A stretch of 64,000 bases of DNA, from IMG/VR virus record IMGVR_UViG_3300042975_000100, positions 80,788 through 144,787 of that record; one strand, written 5' to 3'. The DNA comes from a virus. Lineage: Duplodnaviria > Caudoviricetes. The translations under genes were made by a program, and so were the position numbers. Of this stretch, positions 52,501 to 60,679 are shown one piece after another (positions within the stretch are counted from its first letter, which is position 1; each line of letters starts with the position of its first letter). The notes under the pieces were generated by a model. That model made no database searches. It was not told the DNA's origin and saw nothing but the letters and a program-made list of their open reading frames with translations.

Positions 52501-53927
52501 AAGGGAATCTTATTATACAGCTGAATAATAACGAGCTGTTTAATAATAACACTATGGTCAGTGTTGTTCTACAGACTGATGCTAACTACTCTAACGATAA
52601 TATCTTGATAAAGGCAATGGATATAGTTGCTACTGAGGATCAGCAGTATTTATTTGATATGCCTGATTCAGAAGAATATAATGACGCTTTCTTCATTATC
52701 AATGGTACAGTGTTATTTACTCCAGATCGTTACTTTGTAACGGCCGATAATAAGATCTTCATCACCACTGAGGGAGACTATATTCCTAAGGGAGAAAAGA
52801 TAACATTCGTCTTTGTTAAAGACAAAAACGAGTTAATCGATCCTACATATAAGAATCATTATGCTCTTGGAACTATTATGTATCGTTGCAAAACTAGAAT
52901 GGACTCTGTTCATATTCCAGTAGAGTATTATCATAACTTTACATTTACCGATCAGAATATGCTTTTGTTCCAAGATAACTCATATATCACTAATGATCGT
53001 TATCAGGTTAATGGTAATTATATCGTTAGGGAAGATGATTCAGATATCTTGATGGATAAAGCAAGTAAGCTCTGTATCATATATGCATATAGAACCCTTA
53101 ATCATCATAGAGAAGAGGAGCCTTTAGATCCTAAGGATATCATCTACTTCACTGATGTGGATGCTGATTTAGTATTCTATAATGGTCAGGATAGGGTAAA
53201 GATTCCATGGATAATGCAAGGTATCACCGATACTGCATATCTTGTATCTAAAGGAGATTCTATTATCAGTACGAACTTCTATCATGAAAGCGATGATCAT
53301 CAATGGTTAATATTTGACCAGCCTGATTATCTTGTGAGAGGAGATAAGGTTAGATTCACATTCGTACATAACTGGGGATATACTGATATTAGACGTTATG
53401 TAGCTACTGTTACTCTTAAAGAAGGCGTGGATGAATATGATATTCCATCCCCATTCTATAAGAAGGTAAATCTTAATAACCGTATGATAGTTACTTATGG
53501 TAACTTGTATCTCGATAAAGAGAGATATATGGTAGATAATAAGAACTGTAAGATATGGCTTATAGATGAAAACATGACAAGTGCATCTACATTTAAGAAT
53601 CGTACTCTTACATTCTATTTCTTCTATACAGGAAATGAGTATAACGGATCTGCCGCATGGTTACCGCAGAGTGGTTATGTGTCTTTCCAGCATAAGAGAA
53701 TCGAGAATAATTTCAACAAAGAACTGTACATGATGTTCATCAATGGGCGTAAAGTTTCTAAGTCTGAAATACTCGATATAACCAATAGCTTGTTTAAAGT
53801 TAAGGTTGATATAAAGCGTAGATTCGATTTAGTTATCTTGAATACTGCGCCAGTAGTGAAAGAGTTCAAAGGTAAATATATGCCAGTCGATGATTGGACA
53901 AGACTTACTCAGGATTTCAATATTTGA
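49524..53927 (+). CDS. large virion structural protein (tail/baseplate-associated) with repeated beta-rich modules
   Basis: 1467 aa; recurrent [VF]F.[NQD]G..[LV]....Y units (MVFQGGLL, MVFYNGRYL, FIINGTV, MMFINGRKV). Confidence 0.7.
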   Translation: MSNWLLLQNDEKSKYGPHYGPTADDKDGALVTSSAPIRIFVKKGMAMAVKIAVRTDSGWGKDATFTIHSGDDNIRVGFIEDKNYSDEKIALVNGRITPDVLYVDKNDKFTPDHNIIFWLVCSNVSLFIKKRLDLTVTIAGTIGTDSVTNTFPVVITVYNPVDLYKSTVEEISDQPAIDSVTEHNRIHASRNILSEQIGFLPRWIPIEWKKETVYFKDGKCATLHDYFKLGLQVSKIPNNTLFSKEEEYVDLRMDDDDFQDHMRPFLVWVDYKLVAWSRIHIIKSSDFVFFIIDGLDYDYGITDLRILLLPDNTIYTENKDELGEYNPMFYFSKDGLFGGLDIFVYSKDDTLIPYIMEEPSYSNMNLDIPYKQKVGNDNFTIFSGDGKLNVDSVIEVKNSNIFTLDHGGKTAKKVVCLYSTLSENNKSLILNALNEPFTRDLISGREGWDKYEASRAELEADFDFEHDKNTAYPTNLSNSQNYLWKNNVKHYDKVFYKNRLVDIMQVDETSLRTRYDQNHTITMSRWNPNQRGLTFPMVFQGGLLPSWYNSINYTQSSFSFVPHSDLSNQDGIVAGEDFEVCYFKEVQNELLEIDKSKVTQADGSVYIHVTHNTFPAGKEVIFADIGLPDIMYPLPYSRSYVSDKEDILACKSTVILQQAKLYLGCENQFLYKRFDIGADNPGMIELGSTFKTGFDPEKYMVFYNGRYLNRIYWRLLRPDLDKPKIDKAAIYTLKALNAGDRVEVFYCGGPRLNSINFNGDLLIKCIKTKAYTDGQVRFKVPYPFKSYPHIYDAFFCIKHSGYVDKSKYKIDGDYIEFYLQSDALKFGRDLIFVFPYYRPDWDHDGDVTDEDTEQFITLYKRTSSEFYDNHATSSSIVKYKAIVPRPGHGSFDHVPSTGPLSGLNDWELNLNWDAIKGNVAFSDIANDYGVYSGFKQDMVDKVSKSTMSVRFLKSDIDKAAYGADISFDKDKLLVFFDTTFVHPDRYTTSVSQEGNLIIQLNNNELFNNNTMVSVVLQTDANYSNDNILIKAMDIVATEDQQYLFDMPDSEEYNDAFFIINGTVLFTPDRYFVTADNKIFITTEGDYIPKGEKITFVFVKDKNELIDPTYKNHYALGTIMYRCKTRMDSVHIPVEYYHNFTFTDQNMLLFQDNSYITNDRYQVNGNYIVREDDSDILMDKASKLCIIYAYRTLNHHREEEPLDPKDIIYFTDVDADLVFYNGQDRVKIPWIMQGITDTAYLVSKGDSIISTNFYHESDDHQWLIFDQPDYLVRGDKVRFTFVHNWGYTDIRRYVATVTLKEGVDEYDIPSPFYKKVNLNNRMIVTYGNLYLDKERYMVDNKNCKIWLIDENMTSASTFKNRTLTFYFFYTGNEYNGSAAWLPQSGYVSFQHKRIENNFNKELYMMFINGRKVSKSEILDITNSLFKVKVDIKRRFDLVILNTAPVVKEFKGKYMPVDDWTRLTQDFNI

Positions 53928-53983
53928 CAAAAAATAAACCCGTGCTCGATAATGAGCACGGGAATATTTTGTCTTATACAATA

Positions 53984-54772
53984 TCAAATTTGCACATCCG
54001 TGCAATTTCCATGCAGGAATGCTTCATAGATATCCTTGCCAAGTCTATTGGCTTCAGGAGAATCATCGGTAAGCCAGCGGCGATCACGTACCTCGAAATA
54101 CTTAACTCCCTGAGTTGTCTCATAGATATAAGCATTAAGAATAACCTGACCGAATTTACCAATCTTAGTATATGCCTTATAAGATTTCAAGCTGACATCC
54201 TTATGGCCGAGTTCTCTTTCTTTCCATACCATAGACTTACCATGTGAAATGCAATTGCCTGGCTTGATACCAAACTTATCGCAAATCTTATTTACCCAAC
54301 CAGGGTGAACGTAACCGGTAGCTGAAATCTTACCAGTAGATTTCCAGTATCCAGCAACTGCTATTACTGAACTGAGATCTGCTTGATTGATCTCTGCTAC
54401 TTCCAACTGATGGAATAAGATTTTGTTCTCTGGAATCTCTGGACGCAGCATAGAATCATAATAAGAAGTCTGGAACATCTTCCAATACAATCCTTCTGTA
54501 GTAATATAGAGATAGACCGTACCATCCCACTTATCCATGCCATGACGTACAGTAGAAAATCTGATACGTCGTACTTCAAGTAAATCGCACTTATGTGAAT
54601 TCAAAATCTTCTGAATCGTTACTTTCCCACGTAAAGCATTAGTTGAGCGCAGTCCAACTGCTCCCTTGATATCATCCATCCATTTAGGCATCAATAATGA
54701 TGATGTATTTGGTTTATCAGAAACCGATTTTACTGGTTTTGGTGTTACTAACTTTATCTTTTTTACTGTCAT
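53984..54772 (-). CDS. hypothetical protein
   Basis: 262 aa, basic. Confidence 0.65.
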   Translation of the reverse strand: MTVKKIKLVTPKPVKSVSDKPNTSSLLMPKWMDDIKGAVGLRSTNALRGKVTIQKILNSHKCDLLEVRRIRFSTVRHGMDKWDGTVYLYITTEGLYWKMFQTSYYDSMLRPEIPENKILFHQLEVAEINQADLSSVIAVAGYWKSTGKISATGYVHPGWVNKICDKFGIKPGNCISHGKSMVWKERELGHKDVSLKSYKAYTKIGKFGQVILNAYIYETTQGVKYFEVRDRRWLTDDSPEANRLGKDIYEAFLHGNCTDVQI

Positions 54773-54972
54773 TTTTTATACTCCTCAGTTTTATAGATAA
54801 CCTTGACATTGTTGATTTTCTCATTGCCATACTTATCGTAGGTGGTGGTTATACGAATGATCGGCGGTGGTGCTTGTTTCTTAATTTGCGGATCATTGAT
54901 ATGCTCTATTCCGAACACGATGAAACTTGTTAAAAATACTACGGCTATCACCGTCAATCCATTCAGTAACAA
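54769..54972 (-). CDS. small membrane protein
   Basis: N-terminal TM helix. Confidence 0.5.
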   Translation of the reverse strand: MLLNGLTVIAVVFLTSFIVFGIEHINDPQIKKQAPPPIIRITTTYDKYGNEKINNVKVIYKTEEYKK

Positions 54973-54977
54973 CTAGA

Positions 54978-55136
54978 TCAATCCTTTTTCTGGTCTTCCT
55001 TTTTAGTCTCTACTAATGTCATAGCTGTATGCTTTGGCTCATCATGGTGAGCCACAATAGTAGTCTTCTTGCCATTCCAATCAACCTTGAGATCAAGATC
55101 AATTGAGTTGATGGCTTTTTCAATGATGTTGCTCAT
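54978..55136 (-). CDS. 52-aa protein carrying the KHTAMTLVE motif
   Basis: GAGGAGG RBS before ATG 55136; MSNIIEK...PKHTAMTLVETKKEDQKKD. Confidence 0.6.
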   Translation of the reverse strand: MSNIIEKAINSIDLDLKVDWNGKKTTIVAHHDEPKHTAMTLVETKKEDQKKD

Positions 55137-55206
55137 TTGCAATGTCCTCCTCAAAATATAAAACAAAATAATTCCCTGTACTCGCAATGAGTACAGGGAT
55201 ATTATC

Positions 55207-55371
55207 TTACTTTTTAGCTTTATGCTGTTCGACCATACTTTTCAATTCTTCCTTGGTAATGAGATCCTTGATGCAAATAGAGCCACGCCCGAATAGATAT
55301 TCGGTAGCTTCTTTTACATCCTTAAAAACCTTTGGTTCTCTATACCCTGGAGACTTAATGATCGTACCCAT
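55207..55371 (-). CDS. small protein (54 aa), not in ORF track
   Basis: MGTIIKSPGYREPKVFKDVKEATEYLFGRGSICIKDLITKEELKSMVEQHKAKK; abuts the upstream stop. Confidence 0.5.
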   Translation of the reverse strand: MGTIIKSPGYREPKVFKDVKEATEYLFGRGSICIKDLITKEELKSMVEQHKAKK

Positions 55372-55373
55372 AA

Positions 55374-55868
55374 TTATGCGATTTCTTCGTCATTCGTTGG
55401 CAGTACATCGCTAATACCGCCGGAATTTTCATCTTCGATTGTCACTGCTGCAGCGAATGCAGCGTTGAGAAAAGTAGCTTCCTCAACCGTAAAGTTCTTC
55501 CCGATATAATCGAGAGTGTCTTTCCTGAGAAGCGGCTGGTTGTCCTTTTCAATGTTGTCAAGAAGAGGACGGATAACTTCCTGAGCAATTTCCTTACGAG
55601 TAGTGATAGCAAGGTCACAGCCTTTCAATGCCTTGGCAGCGCTTTTATTCGGATCGCATTCTACCGCACCTTGCAGAATGTGCTCTGCAACCTCAATAGC
55701 ATAAGCATCGCGGCCAGATGCATATTCATGGAACGGAATCCCTTTAGCGCTGAAAAAGATCCTAGTATCTATTGTATCCTCTTCGTTAACGCGGAATACG
55801 TGCGTTGCCTGAGTCGGTTTGACCCCATAATCATCTGTGATCGTAAAGCTTGTAGTTTTCTTTACCAT
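55374..55868 (-). CDS. hypothetical early protein
   Basis: AAAGGAG RBS; promoter at 55922. Confidence 0.7.
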   Translation of the reverse strand: MVKKTTSFTITDDYGVKPTQATHVFRVNEEDTIDTRIFFSAKGIPFHEYASGRDAYAIEVAEHILQGAVECDPNKSAAKALKGCDLAITTRKEIAQEVIRPLLDNIEKDNQPLLRKDTLDYIGKNFTVEEATFLNAAFAAAVTIEDENSGGISDVLPTNDEEIA

Positions 55869-55947
55869 TGTAAAACAACTCCTTTAAAAAAAAATATTCT
55901 GAGTATACTAAACTCATGATTATAATATATAATTGAGTTTAAATATA

Positions 55948-56595
55948 TTAGCGTTTCATAAACTCCTTAATTAGCACCCCAGATTTTGCTAAGTTCATAG
56001 TGTGCTTAAATGGAAGAGCATCCATCTCTATAGAGATACTTTCAATGTATCTACCATTACGTAAATATGTGATATTTACACTGTCCATAGACTTAATCCT
56101 AAATAGCTTTATCGCTACTTTTCTATTATCAGATCCGCCATCTTTTGGCCTGAATAAAACCTCATCCAATGATGCATGATCAACTGTATATAGATTATTG
56201 TTCTCATCAGTATAATCAAAATTCCGATAATTGGCGAAATCAATTCTAGGGTAATCGATAGTACCTGATTTAGAAGATAAAATCTTATCGCATACGGATG
56301 AAACGCTGTAGAAGCTTTTAGGCTCACCAGCAATTGTAAACGTATAAATGAATTTTGGTATAGGAACTGTATTCTTATTAATACGTTTCAAATCCTGTGC
56401 CCTTAGCAAGCTCCGTTTCTGCTCCTCCACCATTGTATCATATAAGTCCTTTAGGCTTAAATCCTTGAGGCTCTGCTCATTTACATGTATCACCTGTTTA
56501 TCTTCGCATACATGCTTAGAACTCAATGCCTCTATATCTTCATCTGAGCCAATCAGAAACGTAATAGCTCCAATCAGTCTATTAAGAAATTTCAC
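55948..56595 (-). CDS. hypothetical protein
   Basis: 215 aa. Confidence 0.6.
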   Translation of the reverse strand: MKFLNRLIGAITFLIGSDEDIEALSSKHVCEDKQVIHVNEQSLKDLSLKDLYDTMVEEQKRSLLRAQDLKRINKNTVPIPKFIYTFTIAGEPKSFYSVSSVCDKILSSKSGTIDYPRIDFANYRNFDYTDENNNLYTVDHASLDEVLFRPKDGGSDNRKVAIKLFRIKSMDSVNITYLRNGRYIESISIEMDALPFKHTMNLAKSGVLIKEFMKR

Positions 56596-56597
56596 AT

Positions 56598-56780
56598 TTA
56601 TTCATCCTTTCTGATCTTTTTAACTTTGATAACTTCTGTATCGATAGATTCGCAGATAGGGCAAGCGAGATGCGGATCTACATTATCCCCGATTTCCTGA
56701 CCTCTCTTCGGAAAAAATCTCTGTTTAAAGTGTGCACCGCATTCGTGGCAAGAATATGTAGCGTAAGCGTGACTCTTCAT
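56598..56780 (-). CDS. zinc-ribbon protein
   Basis: YSCHECG...CPICES. Confidence 0.65.
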   Translation of the reverse strand: MKSHAYATYSCHECGAHFKQRFFPKRGQEIGDNVDPHLACPICESIDTEVIKVKKIRKDE

Positions 56781-56871
56781 AATATTTATTCCCCTTTTAT
56801 AGATAGATTAATGATTATCAAAGTGTAGAAGGGTATGTAAAAATCAACAAAGGGATAAAGGAGGAATAGAA

Positions 56872-58149
56872 ATGTTTATAAATGAAGCATACTTTGGGAA
56901 ACCTAAAAAGTGCCTAGAGATGGAAAAATGCATTCATAGATTAAGAGAAAAGTATGGAAATGATAGCATTATAGGTGGTCAAGGAATAGGTGTTGTAGAA
57001 CAATCCGAAGATTGGATTAATCTTAGAACATTAATAGAGGATCAATTCGGATTCTATTCTGTTACATTGATTCTTATGCGTGATACATCGCCAAATGCTT
57101 GTACTATACCTATAACTATCACATTCGATGGCGTATTAGAAGCCCAAAAGAATGCTAGAATACATAACGGTATTAAATATACTAAAGATGCAAAATACTG
57201 TACGTTGATAATGGTCACAGAAGGGTTATTCTTTAACAAGGAGTTTACAGATGGAGAAGTATTAGCTGTTATGCTTCATGAAGTTGGACATAACTTTGAT
57301 GCCGCTATTAGTCGTCAGATGACTCCATTCACATTTATCGACTTAGGCTTATCGCTTATTTCTGGAATTATGAATATGGATCAAAGTGTAGTGATACAAT
57401 TCTTTACATCATTCACCAAAACTAGACGAGGGATATTTGTCTTTATGAATAAAGTAATGCAGAATAAGGCTTGGGCATTGATAGATTATATGCAATGGCT
57501 AAGAAAGATTCCAATGAGTTTAATTTCTAAAGCACTTATGCCTATTTTGAAGGTCGCTGAAATAGGGTTGGGATTTTTAGAGATGACTGCAAATCCTTTT
57601 ATCTCAAACTACATTTCTCTATCTGGATATAATAGAGAGAATATGGCGGATAAATTTGCAGCCATGCATGGTTATGGACCAGAATTCGCTACTGGTATTA
57701 CCAAGATGACAATGGAGCCAATAGGAACTGAAGAGGTCATTAATCGCATTCCTATATTAGGACATATGTATGGATTAGTTCTTGTAATGTATGCATATGT
57801 ATTTTCATTCAGTGATCCGCACCAAATTCTTTCTGCTAGATTAAGAAGTATAGCCGAGGTATTAGAAGGTGATTTAGATCGTTCTGATATAGATGGTAAA
57901 ACTAAGAAGCAAATTCGCAATGATATTAAACGAATGGAATCTACTCTTGATAATATAGAATCTGAGAAAAAGATCGGTTACTCTAAGCAGGTTGAATTAG
58001 GCTACTATAAACTTATGGCAAGAATGTTTCCAGATTATGGAGATTTCTTTAGAGGTGTATTAAACGATCGGTATACTAATAATAAAACTGTCAACGATGG
58101 AGTAGAATCCATAAAGAAAAATTCATTTGATAAAATGAAAATAAGATAA
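56872..58149 (+). CDS. zincin metallopeptidase-like virion protein, paralog of 25041-26207
   Basis: INEAYFGK, PNACT.P, AVMLHEVGHNF, ENMADKFAAMHGYG, DPH....RL; central hydrophobic segments; late-type promoter. Confidence 0.75.
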   Translation: MFINEAYFGKPKKCLEMEKCIHRLREKYGNDSIIGGQGIGVVEQSEDWINLRTLIEDQFGFYSVTLILMRDTSPNACTIPITITFDGVLEAQKNARIHNGIKYTKDAKYCTLIMVTEGLFFNKEFTDGEVLAVMLHEVGHNFDAAISRQMTPFTFIDLGLSLISGIMNMDQSVVIQFFTSFTKTRRGIFVFMNKVMQNKAWALIDYMQWLRKIPMSLISKALMPILKVAEIGLGFLEMTANPFISNYISLSGYNRENMADKFAAMHGYGPEFATGITKMTMEPIGTEEVINRIPILGHMYGLVLVMYAYVFSFSDPHQILSARLRSIAEVLEGDLDRSDIDGKTKKQIRNDIKRMESTLDNIESEKKIGYSKQVELGYYKLMARMFPDYGDFFRGVLNDRYTNNKTVNDGVESIKKNSFDKMKIR

Positions 58150-58195
58150 AATATTCCCTATACTCGCAATGAGTATAGGGAACTTTTATTGATTA

Positions 58196-59296
58196 TCAGA
58201 ATGCGAAGTTCAACGTTGCTTTGAGATCCTGATACAACTCATCGCCAGCAATCTTATGGCCATGATCGTAAGTCAGTTTAGCCCAGACATTCTTCTGGAA
58301 TACATACTCGCCGCCAATACGGAAGATCTTCTTGTCCATAAGACCCGAAGAACCACTGTATACATCATTTGCTTTCGGTACCTTAGAATACTGTACAAAG
58401 ATATCGAACGTGTCAGGTTTCTTTTTATCAATCTGGCTGAACTGCAACTTAGTCAGATAACCGAATGCACCAGTTCCAGTGTAGTTATCCGCCGTGCTGT
58501 TGAAAGCATTGTACTGAAGTGCAAGGTTCTTGCATACCGGAATATCGAGTTCACCCTCATAGAGGTACTCATTGTTTCCATGCAGAGATACCTGGCGAGC
58601 AGCAGCGCCAACGCCGATTACGCCAACTTTACCCTCAGTTGTAATAGCTTTATAGAATGGATTGTCCCCATCCTTGCCAAATTTCTTCCAACCAGGGATA
58701 TCAGCCGTGCGACCAAGAACAATGTTAGTCTCCCAAGTTTTTCCGAAGCTGTAGTCAACACCACTCAGCCACGTATCGCCAATCGAAAGGCCAGACAGTT
58801 CTTCATACTTGAACCGTCCAAGCGTGATCTTTTCCGACTTGCCAATCTGACCAACCATTGCTGCCGTACGCATCTGTACAGCTGCATCACTATCAGAGTT
58901 ATCAAACGTATGGGTTGCACGTTCAAGAAGATCGGCGCTCCATACATTGTTGATCTTATAGATCTGCTTAAGATCGAACTGAACTTTGTTCTTCTTAGAG
59001 CTTAATGCTTTATCGCCCTTAGAATCCCATTCCTGCTCAACCTTAGCCTTGCCTTTGAACTGAAGGCGATCTGCTGCATCTTTATCTTTCTTAGCCTGTA
59101 CAGTCTTATCCTTCGTGTACATGGCCTTAAGCTCCTTGAGCTCGCTTTCCAGATCAGCAATACGCTGCTCCGTACTCAACGGCTTTGCTGCTGTGACAGC
59201 TACCTGCTCTGCAGACTCCTCTGCTGCTAAAGCCGGAGTTGCTGTCAAAAGCATTACACCGGCCAACATGCCAGCTACGATACTTTTCATTCTCAT
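58196..59296 (-). CDS. outer-membrane beta-barrel porin, OmpM/Mep45-like but without an SLH domain
   Basis: Sec signal peptide (...PALA|AEE), coiled-coil stalk (QRIADLESELKELK), amphipathic beta strands, C-terminal BAM signal ...KATLNFAF. Confidence 0.72.
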   Translation of the reverse strand: MRMKSIVAGMLAGVMLLTATPALAAEESAEQVAVTAAKPLSTEQRIADLESELKELKAMYTKDKTVQAKKDKDAADRLQFKGKAKVEQEWDSKGDKALSSKKNKVQFDLKQIYKINNVWSADLLERATHTFDNSDSDAAVQMRTAAMVGQIGKSEKITLGRFKYEELSGLSIGDTWLSGVDYSFGKTWETNIVLGRTADIPGWKKFGKDGDNPFYKAITTEGKVGVIGVGAAARQVSLHGNNEYLYEGELDIPVCKNLALQYNAFNSTADNYTGTGAFGYLTKLQFSQIDKKKPDTFDIFVQYSKVPKANDVYSGSSGLMDKKIFRIGGEYVFQKNVWAKLTYDHGHKIAGDELYQDLKATLNFAF

Positions 59297-59521
59297 CTCT
59301 CCCCTATTACATATATGATTTCAATCTCTAGGCTTCTCTCCAGCCCGATTAATGTATGGTTATTAGTAACTTATGGAAAAAAAAGAAAGGGCCGAAGCCC
59401 TCTCAAGTTCTTTCATCCGCAAATGAATTATGATTTGCTTCTATCTCTATCTACTAATATACATATAACCGAAATAACGGACTTTTACATTTAAGTAATT
59501 GAGCCAAAGGGGGTAAATTAA

Positions 59522-60679
59522 ATGTTCGACGTAGAAGACAAGATCAAATGGAATGATCTTGCAAAAAGCTTGCAAGATATCATTATGCGCAAAATCGGAT
59601 ACGATGACTTAGCAAAATCTCTTAAGGATAAATTAGTATCTAGCGCTGATAGTGCTATTCTTGCTGACGTATTTGCTAATGGATATGATGGGCAAGTATT
59701 AAAAGTTAACGCTACCAAAGGAATTCTGTTTGCTGATGATAACTATAGAACCTTAAAGGTAGTTAGTACAGATGCTGAATTATCAGACGAAATGTCATTC
59801 AAGCCAGTTTCTCTTAAGGACGTTTTCAATACATGGTACAGATATGCTCACTCTGATAATCGTGCTTTATCTGAATTGGTTACCAACCCAGATGAATACT
59901 CATTTGGAACGTGGCAGAATAAAGGATATCTAGATATCTGGTCTTATGATGAAACCAATAACTGTATCAATGATAATGCTGATGTCAGCCCTGTATGTGG
60001 CTTCATTAGCCCAACTAACTTTTATACAAACTATTATCTTCGTATCAGATATAATACAGGAGATGACGATAATACATTTATCGTAGTTGGCTATATGAAA
60101 GATAGTGCTGGGGTTGAGCATACGCTTTCTATATTTAGAGGATCACATTCTGATACCATCTGTTATTGGGCATTGATATATGATGCCGGAAATGCTACCC
60201 AGCATAAGATAGTAGATTATACCGATAAGGTCGGTAGACAACCAGGAGGTACATTCTATATCTCTGCTAAGAGAGTAAATAACTCATTGGAATTCAAAAC
60301 CAGTATGGTAAACAATCCTGTGGATAATGAGTCGTGGACTATAAATTGGTCTTATCCAGATAAGAAACCTGTTGATATGACCCAGTCAGAATATGATAAT
60401 ATAGGCGTGATGCTGAATCAAACTAATAGAGTTGGATTTGGTGTCAGATCTATGAGAGCTACATTCTATATAGATAAACAGTATGAGATCTTTGATGATG
60501 GAGATATATATGCTTTGCATCAAGATAAGATATACTCATATGATACCAAGACAGCCACATGGGTAGCAAAAGGCACTCCGCTGCATGACGTTATTCCTAA
60601 TAGAGTATTCTTATTCAATTCGAGATTGAATACGTTTTACTTCTACAATTATTGGAATAAATATGTGGCAATAAAGTAA
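59522..60679 (+). CDS. tail fibre / receptor-binding-like protein, paralog 1
   Basis: N-terminal I.W.DL...LQ repeats, Trp/Tyr-rich beta domain with GDDDNTFIVVGY; late-type promoter. Confidence 0.6.
   Translation: MFDVEDKIKWNDLAKSLQDIIMRKIGYDDLAKSLKDKLVSSADSAILADVFANGYDGQVLKVNATKGILFADDNYRTLKVVSTDAELSDEMSFKPVSLKDVFNTWYRYAHSDNRALSELVTNPDEYSFGTWQNKGYLDIWSYDETNNCINDNADVSPVCGFISPTNFYTNYYLRIRYNTGDDDNTFIVVGYMKDSAGVEHTLSIFRGSHSDTICYWALIYDAGNATQHKIVDYTDKVGRQPGGTFYISAKRVNNSLEFKTSMVNNPVDNESWTINWSYPDKKPVDMTQSEYDNIGVMLNQTNRVGFGVRSMRATFYIDKQYEIFDDGDIYALHQDKIYSYDTKTATWVAKGTPLHDVIPNRVFLFNSRLNTFYFYNYWNKYVAIK

Larger units (their letters stand above)
11610..55931 (-). promoter_or_regulatory. Dispersed early (virion-RNAP-type) promoter motif TATATATTAT, about 16 copies, all on the minus strand
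   Basis: Intergenic copies at 11610, 13998, 16627, 21342, 24844, 24986, 27326, 29420, 29771, 30258, 32771, 35451, 39028, 40964, 42741, 55922 (variant at about 59454). Often preceded about 12-18 nt upstream by TAAA/CAAA. Resembles phiKZ TATATTAC and AR9 early promoters. Confidence 0.8.
6018..59499. promoter_or_regulatory. Dispersed middle/late (nvRNAP-type) promoter motif DACH-N6-TA(A), 17 copies upstream of genes
   Basis: Minus strand: 6018-6031 AACTTTTGACTAAT, 17986-17999 AACTTCTAATTAAC, 20194-20207 AACCTATTAGTAAT, 22461-22474 GACATTTGGGTAAA, 27804-27817 AACTTTTACGTAAA, 29029-29042 GACATTAGGGTAAT, 34030-34043 AACAATATAATAGG, 45418-45431 GACACTCTAATACT, 46607-46620 TACATCATCTTAAT, 47929-47942 GACACTCTTATAAT, 56814-56827 TACACTTTGATAAT, 59348-59361 AACCATACATTAAT. 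Plus strand: 25014-25027 GACATTTTACTAAA, 42720-42733 GACAATACTGTAAT, 47978-47991 AACATTCTATTAAA, 56846-56859 AACAAAGGGATAAA, 59486-59499 TACATTTAAGTAAT. Resembles the AR9 late consensus AACA-N6-TA. Confidence 0.75.
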
